Assembly (NCBI GenBank): GCA_017938215.1
Contig: JAGBBZ010000034.1
Coordinates: 35,207-99,206, forward strand
From: Eubacterium sp.
GTDB lineage: Bacteria; Bacillota; Clostridia; Lachnospirales; Lachnospiraceae
Length of the DNA: 64,000 bases
Reading direction: 5' to 3'
Part shown: piece by piece, positions 60,498-64,000 of the stretch
Numbering within the stretch: the stretch's first letter is position 1
How the letters are laid out: every line of letters starts with the position of its first letter
The notes under the pieces: model-generated
What the model saw: the letters and a program-made list of their open reading frames with translations, nothing else
Told to the model about the DNA's origin: nothing
Databases searched by the model: none
Made by a program: the position numbers and the translations under genes

Positions 60498-61022
60498 ATG
60501 CATCCATGGAAGCATTTTTGTACGATTACGAGACATCGTCACCAAGTGATACGACATTGTTATCATGCGGGGATTTTCTGGCAAGGTCTTCGTCATGACC
60601 TTTCCAAATATACACCGACGGAATTTATTCCCGGTGCCAAGTATTATCAAGGTACGAGAAGTCCTAACGCAGAAGAGAGGGAAACCAATGGTTATTCGGC
60701 GGCATGGCTTCATCATCAAGGACGAAATAAACATCATTTTGAATATTGGCAGGACTATAATCCGAAAACGAGATTTAAGGAGCCGGTAAAGATGCCTCTT
60801 CGTTATGTGAAGGAAATGTTCTGCGACCGCGTGGCAGCAAGTAAGATATATTATGGGAAAGATTATCGGGAAGATATGCCCCTTGAATATTACGAAAAAG
60901 GGAAATATTGCCGTGTGATTCATGAAGAGACGGCAGTGCTTCTTGAACGTTTGCTTGTGATGTTAAAGGAGAAAGGGGAAAAAGAAACCTTTCGCTACAT
61001 TCGCAATTTGAAAGAATATTAG
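60498..61022 (+). CDS. DUF5662 family protein (His/Asp-rich, HD-like)
   Basis: HF.TITRHR, QGLRHDLSKY...EF, AWLHH.GRNKHHFEYW, EMFCDRVAASK; GGAGG 8 nt before the ATG at 60498. Confidence 0.8.
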   Translation: MHPWKHFCTITRHRHQVIRHCYHAGIFWQGLRHDLSKYTPTEFIPGAKYYQGTRSPNAEERETNGYSAAWLHHQGRNKHHFEYWQDYNPKTRFKEPVKMPLRYVKEMFCDRVAASKIYYGKDYREDMPLEYYEKGKYCRVIHEETAVLLERLLVMLKEKGEKETFRYIRNLKEY

Positions 61023-61039
61023 GAAATGGAGAAACAAAA

Positions 61040-61945
61040 ATGATAGAAAATGTAATTGATTTGATTGGAAATACACCGTTGGTGAGTTTGAGGAAATTAA
61101 CTGGTTTACCAGTATATGCAAAGGCTGAGTTTTTGAATCCTGGTGGAAGCATCAAAGATCGTGTGGCAAAAAATATGATTGAGCAGGCAGAGAAAAAGGG
61201 TGTTTTGAAACCAGGTATGACCATTGTGGAGCCGACAAGTGGAAATACGGGAATTGGTCTTTCGTTCGTCGGTGTGCGAAAGGGCTATCGTGTCATTATT
61301 GTTATGCCGGAGAATATGAGCGAAGAGAGAAAGAAAATTATTCGTGCCCTCGGAGCAGAATTGGTATTGACTCCGCCGGAAGAAAGTATCGGTGGTTCTG
61401 TGAAAAAGGCGGAAGAATTGGCGGCAGAATTAGGTGACCAATGCTTTATGCCACAGCAGTTTGTGAATCCGGATAATCCGAACATCCATTATGAAACAAC
61501 GGCGAAGGAATTGTATGAGCAGCTGGATGGCAAAGTGGATATTTTTGTATCTGGTCTTGGAAGTGGTGGTACGTTGCAGGGAATTGGTAAATACTTAAAG
61601 GAAAAGAACCCAAATCTTAAAATTGTAGCAGTAGAGCCAAAGAATGTGTCTGCGTTACTTGGACATGAGCCGGGGTTGCATAGCATTCAAGGAATTGGGG
61701 ATGGATTTGTTCCAGAGGTATTAGATACCTCCTTGATTGATGATATCATTGAGGTGACAGACGAAGATGCCATCGAGATGGCCAGGGAGTTGGCAAGTGT
61801 GCAGGGGCTTTTGTGTGGAACATCATCTGGAGCCAATGTATGGGCAGCTAAGAAAATTGCGGAAAAATACGGAACAGACAAAGTGATTGCCACCGTATTA
61901 GCAGACCGTATGGAGCGTTATTTCAGTACGGGATTGTTGGGATAG
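61040..61945 (+). CDS. cysK: Cysteine synthase A
   Basis: IGNTP, NPGGSIKDR (PLP lysine), EPTSGNTGIG, GSGGT, H.IQGIG.GFVP, ERYFST. Confidence 0.95.
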   Translation: MIENVIDLIGNTPLVSLRKLTGLPVYAKAEFLNPGGSIKDRVAKNMIEQAEKKGVLKPGMTIVEPTSGNTGIGLSFVGVRKGYRVIIVMPENMSEERKKIIRALGAELVLTPPEESIGGSVKKAEELAAELGDQCFMPQQFVNPDNPNIHYETTAKELYEQLDGKVDIFVSGLGSGGTLQGIGKYLKEKNPNLKIVAVEPKNVSALLGHEPGLHSIQGIGDGFVPEVLDTSLIDDIIEVTDEDAIEMARELASVQGLLCGTSSGANVWAAKKIAEKYGTDKVIATVLADRMERYFSTGLLG

Positions 61946-62016
61946 TGCCATAAGTTTGATGTCTTTTTAAGATAGAATACAAAGGGTACAAAATCAACAG
62001 AAATGAGGAAAACAGA

Positions 62017-63294
62017 ATGAAAATAAGAATGTATATGATATTGAGTTTGGTTCTGATGGCGGTGGCTTCGTGCTTTATCGGAAAGGAGCTGGAAGCAGCA
62101 GATACCGAAGTACGTGCAGTATGGGTATCGTTTTTTGAGTATGAAACGGCTGGACTGAAGGACAAGTCAGAGGAAGAGTTTCGTGCCAATGCGGATATTA
62201 TGTTTAAAAATATTCGTAATAATGGTTGTAATACGGTATATTTTCATGTGCGTGCCTTTGATGATGCCATTTGGCCATCGGATAATTTTGAATTCAGTAG
62301 TTACATGGGAGAGTATGAACCAGATTACGATCCATTGGCGATTCTTGTGGAATCGGCACATAAGTACCAATTGTCATTTCATGCATGGATGAACCCATAT
62401 CGAATCACCCAAAAGAAAATATATAATCCTTCCAAGGAATCCACAAGAAGCCGTATTTTGCTGGCGGTAAAGGAAGTAATTGATTCCTATGCAGTGGATG
62501 GAATTCATTTTGACGACTATTTTTATCCATCTTCGTCACATAAGCAATATAAAAAATATAAATCTGTGTCAAAAGAAGAAAAGATGACATACGTAAATAC
62601 TATGATCCAGGAAGTGTATAACATGGTAAAACAAAAGTCACCGACGTTGCAATTTGGTATCAGTCCTGCGGGAAACGTGGAAAATTGCGAGGCTATGGGG
62701 GCGGATGTGAAGACTTGGATGAGTGTTCCGGGATACATTGATTACATTGTTCCGCAGATTTACTGGTCCAATAATTATCTGCTGGAAGGAAAACGCACCA
62801 AGCTTTTTGATAAGCGTCTGAAACAATGGACTAAATTGAACACGGCTGGTGTTCAAATGTATGTAGGGCTTGGCTTGTATCGTGGCGGAATGTCAGATCG
62901 TTACGATCGTGGTTGGAAGAAAAGTTCCAAAGTAATTGCAAATGAAATTGGAAAGATTCGGAAAAATGCAAAGGTTTCCGGTTATTCTTTATTTAGTTAT
63001 GAAAGTCTTTATAAGGAATCTTGCCGAAAAGAAGTGAAAAATATGTTGTCGAAGATTTCCTCAGTGACGATTACGGGAGGAAAGAATACTTTGACAAAGG
63101 GCGATAAGCTTCGGCTGAAAGCGTCGGTGTGGCCACTTCGTTTGGGACAAACGGTAACTTGGCGCACTTCCAACAAAAGAATTGCTACTGTTTCCAAAAA
63201 AGGTGTAGTAAAAGCAAAGAAAAAGGGAACGGTAAAGATATACGCGAAAAAAGGAACCAAAAAAGCAGTTTTGCGTATTAAGATTATTTCCTAG
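62017..63294 (+). CDS. Secreted glycosyl hydrolase-like 10 (GHL10/DUF187) protein with C-terminal Big_2 domain
   Basis: EVRAVWV, HAWMNPYR, VDGIHFDDYFYP, FGISPAG, DYIVPQIYW; tail IATVSKKGVVKAKKKGT. Confidence 0.88.
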   Translation: MKIRMYMILSLVLMAVASCFIGKELEAADTEVRAVWVSFFEYETAGLKDKSEEEFRANADIMFKNIRNNGCNTVYFHVRAFDDAIWPSDNFEFSSYMGEYEPDYDPLAILVESAHKYQLSFHAWMNPYRITQKKIYNPSKESTRSRILLAVKEVIDSYAVDGIHFDDYFYPSSSHKQYKKYKSVSKEEKMTYVNTMIQEVYNMVKQKSPTLQFGISPAGNVENCEAMGADVKTWMSVPGYIDYIVPQIYWSNNYLLEGKRTKLFDKRLKQWTKLNTAGVQMYVGLGLYRGGMSDRYDRGWKKSSKVIANEIGKIRKNAKVSGYSLFSYESLYKESCRKEVKNMLSKISSVTITGGKNTLTKGDKLRLKASVWPLRLGQTVTWRTSNKRIATVSKKGVVKAKKKGTVKIYAKKGTKKAVLRIKIIS

Positions 63295-63309
63295 AAAGGC
63301 AGTGCAAGC

Positions 63310-63852
63310 GTGATAGAGACATTTGATTATGGAATTTTACAATGGTTTCAGCAAATCCACAATGATTTCCTCACTGAGACTTATCGTTTTTTTACAATAA
63401 TTGGAGAAGGGGGAGCAGTTTGGATTGCGGTGGCGATTTTGCTGTTATGTTTTCGTGAGACCAGAAAGCATGGCGTGATTGTTGCATTTTCCTTGATTCT
63501 TTGTCTGGTTTTTGGAAATGGGCTTCTGAAAAATATTGTGGCACGTCCGCGTCCTTGTTGGCGACATCCAGAAGTGGAAATGTTAATTGGAATTCCGACA
63601 GACTATTCCTTTCCATCCGGACATACATTTTCGTCTTTCGCGGCAGCATTGTCATTGTTTCATTGGAAGAAATCGGTTGGTTTCGGAGCGTTTTGTGTGG
63701 CGGTGTTGATTGCTACCTCACGGTTGTACTTTTTTGTTCATTATCCCACGGATATATTGGCGGGGATAATGCTTGGCACTGTATTGGCATGTATTAGTAT
63801 ATATGTAGTAAAATATGCGATACCAAAGAAAATGCGTGGGTCACGCATATAG
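63310..63852 (+). CDS. PAP2 family phosphatase (possible undecaprenyl-PP phosphatase)
   Basis: K....RPRP, SFPSGH, SRLYFFVHYPTD; TM helices. Confidence 0.9.
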   Translation: MIETFDYGILQWFQQIHNDFLTETYRFFTIIGEGGAVWIAVAILLLCFRETRKHGVIVAFSLILCLVFGNGLLKNIVARPRPCWRHPEVEMLIGIPTDYSFPSGHTFSSFAAALSLFHWKKSVGFGAFCVAVLIATSRLYFFVHYPTDILAGIMLGTVLACISIYVVKYAIPKKMRGSRI

Positions 63853-63867
63853 AAACGGGGGAAGAAA

Positions 63868-64000
63868 ATGGCTATTATATTGATTGCAATTGGATTATTG
63901 TTTACTGGAATTGATATACATGTTGTGTCGGGAATTGAGTATCCGGCGTTTCAAGTAACGGGAATGTTGGGGAAATATGAGTTGGCACCTTCGATACGAA
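63868..64000 (+). CDS. Start of a hypothetical membrane protein, truncated by the window edge
   Basis: ATG after GGGGGAAG; open frame MAIILIAIGLLFTGIDIH... runs to the end of the window. Confidence 0.55.
   Translation, partial: MAIILIAIGLLFTGIDIHVVSGIEYPAFQVTGMLGKYELAPSIR

Noticed and set aside
60498-61022. Catalase label sometimes given to this family
   Set aside because: No haem- or Mn-catalase motifs visible; treated as DUF5662

Overview
A gene-dense chromosomal segment whose gene content points to a spore-forming, motile Clostridia-class organism, most likely Lachnospiraceae (inferred from gene content and promoter style). It is dominated by a ~41-kb cell-surface glycopolymer locus (5.6-46.3 kb) built from several modules: (i) a CDP-3,6-dideoxyhexose core (rfbF-rfbG-rfbH) surrounded by GtrA/GtrB/GT-C lipid-carrier glycosylation genes; (ii) a GDP-mannose to GDP-D-rhamnose route (manA, manC, gmd, rmd-like, phosphomutase); (iii) CDP-ribitol synthesis (tarI-tarJ) with three TagF-family and two LicD3-type phosphotransferases; (iv) GT2/GT4 transferases, an O-antigen-ligase-family (TacL/WaaL-like) protein and a CapD/PglF-type dehydratase. 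Together these resemble a choline-free pneumococcal-type (type IV) teichoic-acid pathway combined with TagF-type enzymes. This is the best candidate for an undescribed system here and is an inference that needs chemical confirmation. A GH43/AraC pair interrupts the locus next to a ~160-nt rod-like palindrome. The flanks carry a PilZ-fused chemoreceptor, glucan phosphorylase, sporulation-type enzymes, an EAL phosphodiesterase, TetR/RND, murI, rluA-family, DJ-1, a candidate major surface protein, cysK and others. I found no rRNA, tRNA, CRISPR array, transposase or integrase. All family calls come from motifs read by eye; no database searches were run.
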